Below, in pieces: positions 26,648-41,301 of a stretch of 64,000 nucleotides of DNA. The position numbers were made by a program, and so were the translations under genes. The stretch's first letter is position 1; each line of letters starts with the position of its first letter. Source of the stretch: the human T2T-CHM13v2.0 reference genome, Homo sapiens; the NCBI RefSeq assembly GCF_009914755.1, contig NC_060937.1, one strand, 5' to 3'. The notes beneath the pieces are model-generated. The model saw only the letters and a program-made list of their open reading frames with translations. It was not told the origin of the DNA and did not search any database.

Positions 26648-29600
26648 AGGGGCTAGAGGAAGCTCCAGAAGAAACACAGCCATTGCCCATCTTCCTGGAA
26701 CATCAGTTCTTCATGGAGAATTATGTTTATATTGAGATAAACATTATGAAAATTTTAAAGTGTCTATATTTAAAACAGAACATAAAATTGAATCAAATTT
26801 CCACTGATGACAGGCCGTTTGGAGTTATACTGCATCACCCCCTGAGAGTAAGTATTTATTTTTCTCTGTAGGTAGAAAAATTTAAGAGTCACTGATCTAG
26901 ACCATCCCCCTTGACTTTAGAGTTTAGGAAATTGTGCCACAGAGATATTAAATTGCCATGGCAACCCAAATCTGTAAACTCTGGTGCTGTTTATTCATAC
27001 AGGCTGTACCTTCACGGTCCTAGGACGATGGGAACAGCTCCAAACCTTACAATGTCCCATTTTCACATCAAACATGGAAAGCAAAATCTATTTTCCACAA
27101 ATAACAGGTTTATAAGAGTTTACTGCATCTCATTAGGTCTAATTGGGTCATGTCCTTACAAAACCAATCACCCCTTCTGAGGTAATTATAATGCTTTTCT
27201 TGGCTTATGCCCAAATGCTCCATCTCTTCCTGGGATGGAGGTTTACTCAAAGCACGTGGTTAGAAATTAGGGGATGGATTGGTTGCCATCCACTCAGGAA
27301 AAAAAATAGGTTATGATCATGAAAGGAAGGGTAACTGGATTCTGGGTGGCAAAAATAAGAGATGTGCACTAATAATACTCTTCTGATGAATAATGATGAT
27401 AATGATTATTACTATTTTTATCATTTAAAAAACATAGATTTTCATAGTACTGTGGCAGAGGTTGTAATTTGGTAGCCCTTGGGCTGAATTTAACCTGCAC
27501 CATGTTCTTAAACAGTAAGTTTGAATGCTTTAGAGAGAAGAAGCTTTCCACAATTCACTCTATGTTGCTTCTAGCACCACCACTTCAGTCACACACATTA
27601 TTCATGGCCTCTGACTATATTCAAGAGGGACACTGTGGAGTCTTCAAGAAGATCATAATTAACTAACAATAATTTTAAGAATGGTTATCCTCCTACAGAA
27701 AGAAATCTGATACTCTCTGGCTTTAAGTAATTTCCTACTAACTTCTCCCCGCCCCCCATGACTTTTTATGTATCATGAGTTATTTCTATTTTGAAGTTTC
27801 TAAAACTTTTAGCACAAGTTAACAAATGGGCCCATGGGAAAGACTAAAATTTTGTGCCAGAACATTCTCTCATCTCCCATATGTTCACTCCTCATAGCTT
27901 TGACGGCTTCCCAGAAAATCTATCTAGTAAATAGTTTTTTTCCCCTACATCCACTAACCTTGAGGTAACACAGAAGATAGCCCTAGTAGGATGTCAACTT
28001 GATTTGAGCAATGTTTCTTTTTGCACACAATTATTTCCTCAGCCCCTAGAACAGTACCAGGCATAAAACAAGTGCTCAACATTTATTAAGATAAATGAAA
28101 GAGGGACATGTGTCCAGTGCGTGAGTTCCAAAGAAACAATGCACGGATAGTTTTCCTTTTCTACTTTCTTTTCTTCTCAATGTGAAATGTGGCATTGTTT
28201 TCTTTCTTGCTCATTTTTCTCTTCAACTAGCACAACTCTCAGAGAGTAACTGCGTAACTGACTTTTCTCCTTGTTGCATGGCACTGACCAATATACCCTG
28301 GCCAATCTGGGTTAGTCTGGAGAGGTGAGAGTCATCAATGAGAACTGTGTTCATGACTAAGCGTGCTGGGCCACACTGCACAGTTACACCTTTATTGCAA
28401 AATTCAGATATTACGAGGGTTCTAAGACCAGAACAAGTGGTCTCCTGTACATATTTACTGTTGCCTATGTGGTGAATTATTTCAGCATCTGCAAAAAGTT
28501 ATATCTGTTTATGAATCTGGGCCTTGAATTCCAGGCCTGGAAGTTGGACTTTCAGACAAAGTAAAGGCCTTATTCTTTCTGATGCTTTATTCTCATCTGT
28601 TTAATCTAGGTGTGGATTTTGGGGTTCAGAAGCTTGTACCTCTCTCTCAGAAAGTGTTACTTGTTTCTCTGCCCTGTATCCTGATGGTACTTCTTTGTGT
28701 TTTTGCCTTTTAGGTTAGTAAACTTGATTCTGTTTACCTAAATTGTGCTATATCTCGTAGTTCCATTAATCCAAGACTACAATTGATATTTTTAATGTAA
28801 CGGTTGTACAATGTGGCCCATTTCTCAGGGGATGGTGATGGAAGCAGTGGAAAGCTTTCCTTCTCTATGTTCAAGCAACATGAAAAATACAGTATTTGAT
28901 CTAGACTAAAATAGGAAGTGCTTTGTATAAGTGTCTCATATATGTGCAAAGGAACTAAAGCTACCAGAAGAAATTCAAACTGCCCATTCTGATTTTCAAA
29001 TATAATACTATAGTGAAACTAGAATATTTATATCCACTTTTAATACTATGTGTCAACCATTCAATTTTGTTTTGGCAATTAACACAAAGTTACTGCTCAC
29101 AGAAAATTCATTTTCTTCTATAGATGCTATTTTAATATTTAACCTTGGAGGAGAAAAAGGATATTTTTTAGTTTGTTTATAACCAGAATTCTAAGTAATG
29201 GTATTTTAAAAGAAACAACCATAATTGACCACAAATTTGAATAAAGAATTCCCTTCTGATAAAACAAAGCCACTATTGTGGATTAGTGGAAAAATAAGTA
29301 ACAAAATAGTTTGTGTCGATATTCTTTTAACTTAAACATGGAAGTGACTTCTACTCCAATGAAAACACTGACCCCTCACAGTGTTTCTTACTCTGTCAGC
29401 TGTGTCCTGAGCCTTATTCTGGAGCAACCAAGAAGATGACTGTTTAGATCAATCACATATGAGTTTAAAATGTAGCATAAAAATAGCTGTTAAGATAAAT
29501 ATTTGATAGTGAATACTGCTGATGTTCATAAAACTGATTTGATTACAATTTCAAACTAAAATACACTTTCATTTCTTTCTACAAGGAGACTTCTCTTCCA

Positions 29601-31377
29601 AGTTAAAGCTTTAATTATGTATTTACAAGGAGAAGATAGAATCCAGGTTTCTGAGTAATGTGATTTTATATCCGACTCATAGAAATAATTATGACTACCA
29701 AATAACACTTGACTCAATTCCCATTACATGGAAATAAATGTTGTGGATTCCTGGGCATCTTATGTTCTAGTTATTCTTTCCTAAAGAAGTCTTCCCCTCT
29801 AGTTTAAAAGCTTTACCTAAAGATGGAAGTAGACTGTTTTCATTCTGTGATGGGCCGCCTCTAACTTCAGCATCTGAGTTTGGTTTTAGTCTAATCATGT
29901 GTTTTGCCAGCAGTGGCTTGAGTGGGGAGTGAGGAAAAACTGTGGGTTCTGGAAACTGTGGAAATTGTGGGGAGAGAAATGCACAGAAAGGCAAGAAAGA
30001 GTTCCACAAAATTAGAGATGGCAGCGACATGGCTTGGTAAAATGTGGGACACCCTTCTTCGCGTGTGTGTTTTCTTCCACTGTGCATTGGTCTGGACTTT
30101 ATGCTGTCATCCCACAGAGCCTTGGATGCATGTCCCTTATTTTAAGAAAAGGCCTGATTCAAGGGAAATTCTAGATGAGCTTTGATGTTCAACAGTACGT
30201 TGCTAATACTTTTTATCCCACCCTCTTTCATTTTGTGCTGAGCATTTTCTCTATCTGTAGTGGCTAAAAAACCCAGATACCCAATTAAGCACCAAATGTG
30301 TGTGGCTGGAAATGCTACTTTCTTACTTTTTGTTAATATTATTATTATTCTAAAGTATCTGATTGTATTTCATCTTACAGACCAAATACCTGAATGGTGG
30401 CCTTGGACTGTTGTCTTCCCTTTCCTTTTTTTTTTTTCTTCAAGGTCAGTATCTATAACTTCAAACTTGCAACCATCTCTTAAGTCTTTGCTTTAATCAT
30501 TGAGAGTTGAATATATCCTCTCAGATTTCAATGTGAGCATTAGTGAGTATGGATCATAAATAAATAAATAGAAATATATTGAAACTTGTTTCACTTACTC
30601 AACTTGACCTAGGTTTAATCCTAGCCTCAGATAGAAACTAGATCCTCAAGGCCCAGTATATTTTGCAGTTGTTGATATTTTGTGCCTCAAAGTTGACTCT
30701 AGACCCAGAGTCAAAGAAATTTTGATGTTAGTATGAGAAAAAATTGGTGTAACATTTATTCCACATTCTCAGCACAGAATACCCTAGGGAGAAATCCCTT
30801 GGTTCTCTTGGGGGAATTTCTCAACTTCCTTTCCCAGTTCACATGGTTATGAGTCAACGCATAGAAGACTATTCTACCTTGGCTCCATCCATCATCCTTG
30901 TCAATCCTTTGCTTTCTCTCCAGTGAAATTAAGATGTCGTTCTGAGAATTATATCTATTTCTGATTTTTTTCCTCTCACCAAAAACTACATATACAGCCA
31001 CTATTTTAGCTCTGACATCTGTATTTTTCTCTCAATATCATCATTTTTTGATAATGCATAATAGCATAGAAGTTGCTATATGATTGGAAATAGTGCAGCT
31101 TTTGCATGAATGGTAGAACTAGAGTGGTGTGTAGCACCCAACTCAGGCCACATTTTCTGCTGGTAACTAGCATACACTGAAAGCTAAATCTTTGGTGCAC
31201 TTAATATACATGTCAAAAAGGAACATTTTCATGTAAACATAGAAAAATATTAATACATGAAAAATACTACTAATATAGTGTCTTAAGTTGGAATTTAATT
31301 AATGATTCAATAGACACAGAAGAACAAGAAAATAGGGGATGATTTCAACAGAGAAGCCTTCATTGAAAGACAGTATG

Positions 31378-31842
31378 TTTTTAACTTTTAAGTTCAGGGG
31401 TACATAAGCAGGTTTATTACATACATAAACTTGTGTCACAGGGCTTTATTGTACAGATTGTCACCCAGATATTAAGCCTAGTACTCATTAGTTATTTTTC
31501 CTGATCCTCTTCCACCTCCCACCCTCCGCCCTCTGGTAGATCCCAGTATCTGTCGTTCCCCTCTTTGTGTCCATGTGTTCTTATCATTTAGCTCCCACTT
31601 ATAAGTGAGAACATGCAGTATTTGGTTTTCTGTTCCTGCATTAGTTTGCTAAGGATAATGGCCTCGAGCTTCATACATGCTCCTGCAAAGGACATGATCT
31701 TGTTCTTTTTTATGCCTGCATAGTATTCCATGATATATATGTACCACATTTCCTTTATCCAGTCTACCACTGATAGGCATTAGGTTGATTCCATGTCTTT
31801 GCTATTGTGAATAGTGCTGTGACAAATATATGCATGCATGTG
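31378..31842 (-). mobile_element. 5'-truncated L1PA (L1PA13-16-like) 3' end
   Basis: TAAGTTCAGGGGTACAT...CTCCCACTTATAAGTGAGAACATGC. Degenerate TSD GAAAGACAGTATGTTT / GAAAGCAGTATTTTT. Confidence 0.9.
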
Positions 31843-32139
31843 GAAAGCAGTATTTTTAACAGAGCATTCAAATGTAAATAGCCTTTCATCAGGAAAAGAA
31901 AGAATGGAAAGAACTCCTGGGCCTGGTGTATAAAAATATATAGCTTTTTAGGGAATTTGGGTAAACTCAGTGAGCGTGGGTGAGTCAAATGGACTGGGGT
32001 GGTTATGAGAGAGGAAGGATGGGGAGACACTGTGGAAAACTTTGAATGCTGGCTAGAAAGTTTGGAACGCAGATAATGAAAAAAAAATTCAAGATTTTGG
32101 GATAAGGGAGGGGCATAATTTAACCCTTTTGCTAAATAA

Positions 32140-32575
32140 ATGGTTAGTGCATCAGTTAAAAAACAGATAGCACATTGAAATCAGGTAACCTGAAAAAAGT
32201 TTAATAAAGAGATTCTGCAAAAGATGTGGGCAGATTGGATGAAAATCAAAAGAAATAAAGCCTCTAAGACTTGAAACTGGGGCTGGGGGTGGGGCTTCAC
32301 CATTCACACCTCTAAATGAGAAAATCTGGAGAGAAAGCTGTGTAAAGAAGGCCACCTAATAGGATCAAAGACACCAGGAGAATTAAATAACCTGGATTTC
32401 CTCTCTGCCCACCCTTTGAACTCCTACCAGCATTTCCTGGCGGTCAAACCCAACTGGGAGCTAGAGGAGAAGAACTCTTGATATATTCCACACACTTCAG
32501 CTTCCAGGAGAACAGATCAAAGTGGAGGGGAGTGAAGAGTAGATCTGAAGGAACAAATGAGAGAAATTCAGGACA
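32140..32575 (-). mobile_element. ERVL-class LTR (LTR50/LTR40-like)
   Basis: AAACAGATAGCACATTGAAATCAGGTAACC...TTTAATAAAG; GAGTAGATCTGAAGGAACAAATG...CAGGACA. Confidence 0.5.
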
Positions 32576-32745
32576 GTTGCAGTTTGACAAATAGTTTCAG
32601 ATGGTAAGAGAATGAGGTAGGCAGTCAAGAGGATAAAGGAGATATTGTAATAGTCCAGGAAAAGATACTAAGAATTTGAAATAGATCAGCATTAGCAACA
32701 ATGGAAAGAAGGAAAAGATAGAAGGCACACAAAGAAGGAATTACT

Positions 32746-33030
<285 letters not shown>

Positions 33031-33520
33031 CTACCATGATTAACGAGAATCAATTGTAATGCTATAAAGCCAGTTTCACTCTTCACATCTCTCTTATCAT
33101 GAGTAGTTCTACTGTTAACGCATGCTTCAGTTTACCATTTTTAAATCTTGTAATGGTAAACTGTTACACAAAAGAGATGTTAGTGGTGTTTTCTGTGAGC
33201 CAGCCTTAATATATCCCAATGAACTAGGAGCTAGATTTCCTGGTGCATATTTTGTTCAATCTCCAAGTAAAACCAGTTTCTTTCTTTTTCTGATTAACCA
33301 TAGAATTCTCCAGGCCATATAATTTATCATTTAAAAATATATAGCCTTATGTCTATTCTAATGTAAAAAGTTAAATTATTTACAAACCTAGGTATTCTAG
33401 CTATTGTTAGGAGCATTACCTGTGACACAGGTTCCAACTTTATTCACACACCCAAACATTGTCATGTTGAAGATGAGAGTGACTCACTGCTTTTTCTACA
33501 CAGCTTGGAGTTATCCCATC

Positions 33521-33960
33521 TCTTACTGGTTGAATTGTGATCTCTCGAAATTCATGTGTTGAAGTCCTAGCCTTCAGTGTCTCAGAATGTGACCTCATTT
33601 GGAAATAGGATTGTTACAGATGTAATTAGTTAAAATGAGGTCATATTTGAGTAGGATGGGCTCCTAATCCAGTAGGACTAGTGTTTTTATAAGAAAGGGA
33701 AAATTTGGACAGAGACAAGCATGTAGAGAGAACTCCATGGGAAGGCTGGAGATGTGTAGCCATCAGGCAAAAAACTCTCAGAACCTAGGAGGGAGGCCTG
33801 GGACAGATCCCCAGCACCTTCAGAGAAAGCATGGCCCTGCACACACCTTGACACCTTGACCTCAGACTTCTGGGCTCCAGAATCGTAAGCCAACAAATTT
33901 CTATTGTTTAAGGCATTCAATTTGTAGTACTTTGTTATGGCAGCCTAGCAAACTAATACA
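33521..33960 (+). mobile_element. MLT1B-like MaLR solo LTR
   Basis: GTTGAATTGTG...GAAGTCCTAGCC...CAGAATGTGACC...GCAGCCTAGCAAACTAATACA. 5-bp TSD CCATC at 33516-33520 and 33961-33965. Confidence 0.88.
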
Positions 33961-35373
33961 CCATCTTATCCTCATCCAAGCTTTCACTTACCATTATAAG
34001 CCTACTGTTTTCCAGGAAAGAAGTTTCCAAAGTGTGAACCTTCCGAACACTAGTCTCTGGAGAGGATCTGCAGAGAAGGGTTTTATGGCCAAGCACCTCC
34101 TGGAACTCTATAACACACCGTAAAAAATGGTCTCTCAGGAGTCCTGTAGCTGAGAACCCAGAATCCCTCCCATATGTGAAAAAACATGATTTTATTCTAG
34201 CATCTTTTGAGAGTTTTGTTCTTTGTATATGCAGCTCTAGTGCAATACACTCCATACGTTCACATTTTTAGTGTCATTTGATGTAATAAATGCTGATCAC
34301 AAAGCACTTGATGTCATGAATATGTTTTAAATGTACGTTATTTAAAAATTTGGACAATTTTAACACCTTTATCATAATGTGTAATGTTTTTGCATTTCCT
34401 CAAACACATTTTGCTAATTGCTGCTTTAGAGACATCTTAAGAAACATGACTTCAAAGTAGCGTGCTGAGTTCTATACTACAAAATTACATCTTTTGGATC
34501 TTCAAAAGCACATTGACTTTTACTTAAACAGTAATTTGTCTCAATTTATTTCTGTAAATAAATTGGAGAGTTGGAATAATTTTGGGTGGACACATTACCC
34601 TAATTATTGCAATTCCCCACAGAATTTTGTTTTATAAACTCTTCATTAAAATAAACATATTATTGGAAGGAACCTCGAGAGTCAAGTTTTTCTTTCTGCA
34701 GAATAGAACCAACCACTTGCTAGTCATTTTGTCCATCATAATTCTAATTATTAACAGGGAAAAAGCCTCAGGTTTTTTTCTTGGGAACATTTCATTTTGT
34801 TTTTTACTAATGAGAAATTTCCACTAATCAGTATGTTAGAAGTCACTGAGTTCTAGTTAGAGCAAATTGGTGATCATTTCATCTTTCACAGTTCTATTTT
34901 TCTGTCTTATTTTCACTGGTTTTAGTGTGATTGTTTTTATGTGTATGCGAGATATCTGTTATATTCTATCTGCTTAAAATGATTGCTACTTTGTTCCACT
35001 GCCAAATGCTGATTGTGTGACAACCAAATTACTTGCTCTATATATGTTGCTTCAGCCACATGGATGCAACTTTAGAACGGAATGAACAGGCAAACATGAT
35101 GACAGAAACACTAAAAGTGTAGGGAAATAATAGTCTATAAATCAGCCAGGGTTTACTCCTTTTGGACATACCTTTTGCATTGCATCATTTTAATAACTTC
35201 TGAGAAATGTTTGTACCAGAAATGTAAGGATACGCCCATAGGTTTTAATGCTTTATACTTCACATGAAGGCTTTGGCTCGTGAAGTCAGCAGATTTGGGC
35301 TTACTGAAGGAAAATTTTTATTCTTCACCCATTCTTTTCCTAGACGAGTGAGGTAGCTTTAAAAGAAATCTAA

Positions 35374-35803
<430 letters not shown>

Positions 35804-36327
35804 TAAAACTCTTCATGTTTTATGCACTAGCAATATTGACTATTTTTTGGAGGAAACGGCATAGCAAGCTAAGCTTATGGTAAACTCATTAAAGGTTTGA
35901 GTCCAAGGTCTAGTTTTTTCTTAAGCATCTTTAGCTCACATATTCCTTCCTAATGATTGTGTTCTGCCCACAGCGAGCTCGCTTTTCTCCTTTCCAATCT
36001 AGATAGCACTGAAGGTCTACACGGGGGAAGAGACTTGCCTGAGCATATATTAATTTCTGATTTTTTGGCACGGAGGTGACTAGTATAACGTCTGTCCTTC
36101 TTGGAGTTTAACTTTACACATTTGACATACCCTTGGGTCTCTTATGTTCTTTATTCAGTTCTTTGCTTTGCTACTGGGGCAAATTTTAAACTATATCCTT
36201 TTCTAGTTCAGATGGTCAGAGGCTTGGCAGTGTTTGAAAGTCAAATCATCTCAACCTCCCACCTGCCTTTCAGGTACTTCTCACAGATTCTCCATTAAAG
36301 TGGCCTATAGTTCAGGGCTGTGTATGA

Positions 36328-36664
<337 letters not shown>

Positions 36665-36882
36665 AGGAACCTTATCTTGCCAGTGGATTCGTGTTGTAAT
36701 CTTCATTGCTAAAGATGAATTTAGCATTTTGTTCACCTTGCCAATCGAACACACCTTTCAAATAAATATGCAGTGCTATGTTATAATGTAGCTGTTTGGC
36801 AAATTATCTAGCTTTCATTTTGTATAGGACAGTGGGTAATCTGGATGAATTTTGCAATGAATGTATATTTAGGGGTGTCTCT

Positions 36883-36955
36883 GTATGTGTGTGTCTGTGT
36901 GTGTCTGCGCGCACACACAGACACCCCTAAATACACACACACACACACACACACA
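36883..36955. repeat. (TG)n/(CA)n microsatellite within an inverted repeat
   Basis: Read directly from the sequence. Confidence 0.85.
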
Positions 36956-37199
36956 GAGTGAGTGCTTGTTGGAAAGAGTGAAAGAAGGAGGAGAGAGAGA
37001 GGAGGGAGAATGAATAGGATAAAGTGGTAAGTGCAATAGGAAGTGGAAATTGGGTGAATGAGCAGGGATAAAGGGGATATTTGGGAAATTTGCTCATGTA
37101 CAATATATTTCCCTCTTCTATTTCCCCAAAACAACTGTACAAGAAATCTGTTTCATTATTTTCCCCAAGTTTTCATCTTGAAAATAAAAAAAAAGAGCA

Positions 37200-38110
37200 C
37201 CTGTATACACTTCATGTAGATTCACTAGTTTTTATGCTTGTGCAACATTTGCTTCTTTCCCAATGCACACACATTATTTGCTAAGCCATTTGAAAGTAAT
37301 AATAATTTGCAAACATCATGACATCTCAATCCCAAATATTTTAGCATCTAACTTCTAAGAATAAATTCTCCTACACATAAGAAAATTAACAACAATTTGG
37401 TAATATAAAATTCTACACATATCATATTCAAATGTCCCCAGTGATCCTAAAAATGTATTTCATAGCTGGTTATTATTTTTTAAATTCCAGGATTCAATCA
37501 AAATTTATATCTTGCATTTGACAGTTATATCTCTGTAGTATCTTTTCACCCAGAACAGCCTCCTGCCCACTGATTTTTTTCTATCATTGACTTTTTGAGG
37601 AGTTCAGGCTAGTTGTCATGCAGAATGTCTCACATTCTTTATTGTTTCCACATGATTAGATTAAGGTTACACATTTTTGGCAAAAATTGTAGGTGATGTT
37701 ATATAATTTTTATTGTATAACATAATGACCAGATGTCCAACTATTACTTGGTTAAGTTGTTGAATGCCAGATCTCTTCATTGTAAAAGTACATTTTCTTC
37801 TTTCTAATTATAAGTAATTTATGGGTTAGTATCTTGGGTCCATGTAAACATTCTGCCTTCAGCAACCTTTAACTCAACAGTTTGGCATTCTTGTTGAATC
37901 AGTTATTACATTGGAGGTTATAAAATTTCATTTTAAAAAACCCTATCATTCTTTCTACATTTATTAGCTGATATTATGCTGCAAAGTAGAATTTCTCTCT
38001 CTTTCAACTATTCCTATTGATTTATGGCCTCCCTGTGTTATTTATTATCTATTATCTTTATCATCTTTGATGATCCAATTATGCAAAACATGCCTAGTTG
38101 GAGCCTTCAA
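37200..38110 (-). mobile_element. L1MC4/5-like 3'UTR fragment
   Basis: CCATTTGAAAGTAA...GCAAACATCATGACA...ATATTCAAATGTCCCCAGTG...CCAGGATTCAATCAA. Confidence 0.65.
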
Positions 38111-39010
38111 ATTGCAACTACTTTGTATTGTGTTAAAAAAATCACATAACTTAAAATGCACCATGTTAACTATTTTTTAAGTATACTGTATAGTAATGTT
38201 AACTATATATCCATGGATTTGCAGCAGATCTCTAGAACTTTTTCATCTTGTAGGACTGTAACTTATTTCCACTGAACAATAACTCTCTTTTTCCCTGCCT
38301 CCCAGCTCCTTGAAACTACCATTCTAGTTTCTGTTTTTAAGAGTTTGACTACTTAGATATCTCATATAAGTAGAATCATGCAGCATTTACCTTTTCGTGA
38401 GTGCCTTATTTCACTTATCGTAATACACTGGCGATTCATCCATGCTGTAGTAATATTACAGAGTTTTCTTCTTTGCATGACTGAATAGCATTTTACTGTA
38501 TATATAAACACATTTTCTTTATCCATTCATCCATTAACAGACATTTAAGTTGCTTCTACTTCTTGGCTATTGTGAATAATGCTTCTGTGAACTTAGGTGT
38601 TCTAATATCTGAGATTCTGTTTTCAATTCATTTGGATAAATATTAAGCAGATAAATTACTCTATCTTATGGTAATTATACTTTTAATTTTTTGAGAAACC
38701 TCCATAATGTTTTTCATAGCAGCTGCACCATTTTGTATTCCCACCAACAGTATATAAGTGTTCCAACTTTGCTAAATCCTTACCACAACTTTTGATTTTC
38801 TGTTTTGTGTATAGCGGCCATCCTAAGGAGTATTAGTTAATATCTCACTGTGGTTTTCATTTACATTTCCATGATGATTAGTGAGATTGACCATCTTTTA
38901 ATATTCTTCATTGGTGATTTGCATAATCATCTTTGGAGAGATGTCTATCCAAGTTCTTTGATCACTTCTAATCAGGTTTTTGTTTGTTGTTGTTGTTGTT
39001 GTTGAGTTGT

Positions 39011-40169
<1,159 letters not shown>

Positions 40170-40892
40170 TTATCAGATATATGGTTTGCAAATATTTTCT
40201 CCCATTCCATAGGTTGTGTTTTCACTTTATGGATGGTTTCCTTTGCTGTACACAAGCTTTTTAGTTTGATGCAACTTTACTTGTCTATTCTTGCGTTTCT
40301 TTCTTGTGCTTTTCATGTTATAGTCAGAAAATTATTGCCAAAACCAGTATCTTGAAGCTTTCCCCTATATTTTCTTCCAAAAGTTTTATAGTTGTAGATT
40401 TTATTATTGGTTCTTTAATATATTTTGAGTTATTTTTTGAGTTATATACTATAAAGTAGGGCCCAATTTTATTCGTCTGCATGTGGATATCCAGTTTTCC
40501 CAACTCTATTTGTTGAAAAGTGTACCCTTTCCCCTTCAGCCTTGGTATACTTGTTTGAGATCATTTGACCATGTGTATGAGTTTATATCTGGGGTCTCTA
40601 TTCTGTTCCATTGGTCTGTATGTCTGTCTTATACCAGTATCATATTGTTTTGATTGCTGCAGCTTTGTAATATGCTTTCAAGTCAGGAAATGTGAGGCCT
40701 CCAACTTTGTTTTTTCTTTCTGAAGAGGGTTTTTACTTTTGGGGGGTCCTTTGTGGTTCCATGTAAATTTTAGAATTTTTTCTATTTCTGTAAAAAAATG
40801 AGATTTTCATAGAAATTTCATTGAATTTGTAGGTTGCTTTGGGTAGAATAAACATTTTAACAATATTAAGTCTTTCAATCAATAAACACAGA

Positions 40893-41301
40893 TGTCTTAG
40901 TTCGTTTAGTGTTGCTATAAAGGAATACCTGAGGCTGAGTAGTTTATAAATAAAAGTTTTTATTTGTCTCATGATTCTGTTGACTGGAAGACTGGGCTTC
41001 TGGTGAAGGCTTCAGGCTGCTTCCACTCATGACAGATGGCAAAGGAGAACCAGCATGTACAGAGGTCTCATGGTAAAAGTGGAGGCAACAGTGAGATGGG
41101 GAGGTGTCAAGCTCTTTTTGACAACCAGCTATCCTGGGAAGTAATAGCATGAGAACTCACTCATTACTGTGAAAATGGCACCAAGACATTCATGAGGGAT
41201 CCACTGCCATGACGCTAACATTTCCCATTAGTCCCCACCTCCAATACTGGAGATCAAACTTCAACACGAGGCTTAGGGGTACAGACATCCACACTATAGC
41301 A
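40893..41301 (-). mobile_element. MSTB-like MaLR solo LTR
   Basis: TGTCTTAGTTCGTTTAGTGTTGCTATAAAGGAATACCTGAGGC...ACATCCACACTATAGCA. Flanks ACAGA/AGAGA. Confidence 0.88.

Noticed and set aside
30011-30027. CTCF-like AGATGGCAGC
   Set aside because: Only the 3' half of the motif matches; the CCASY half is absent.
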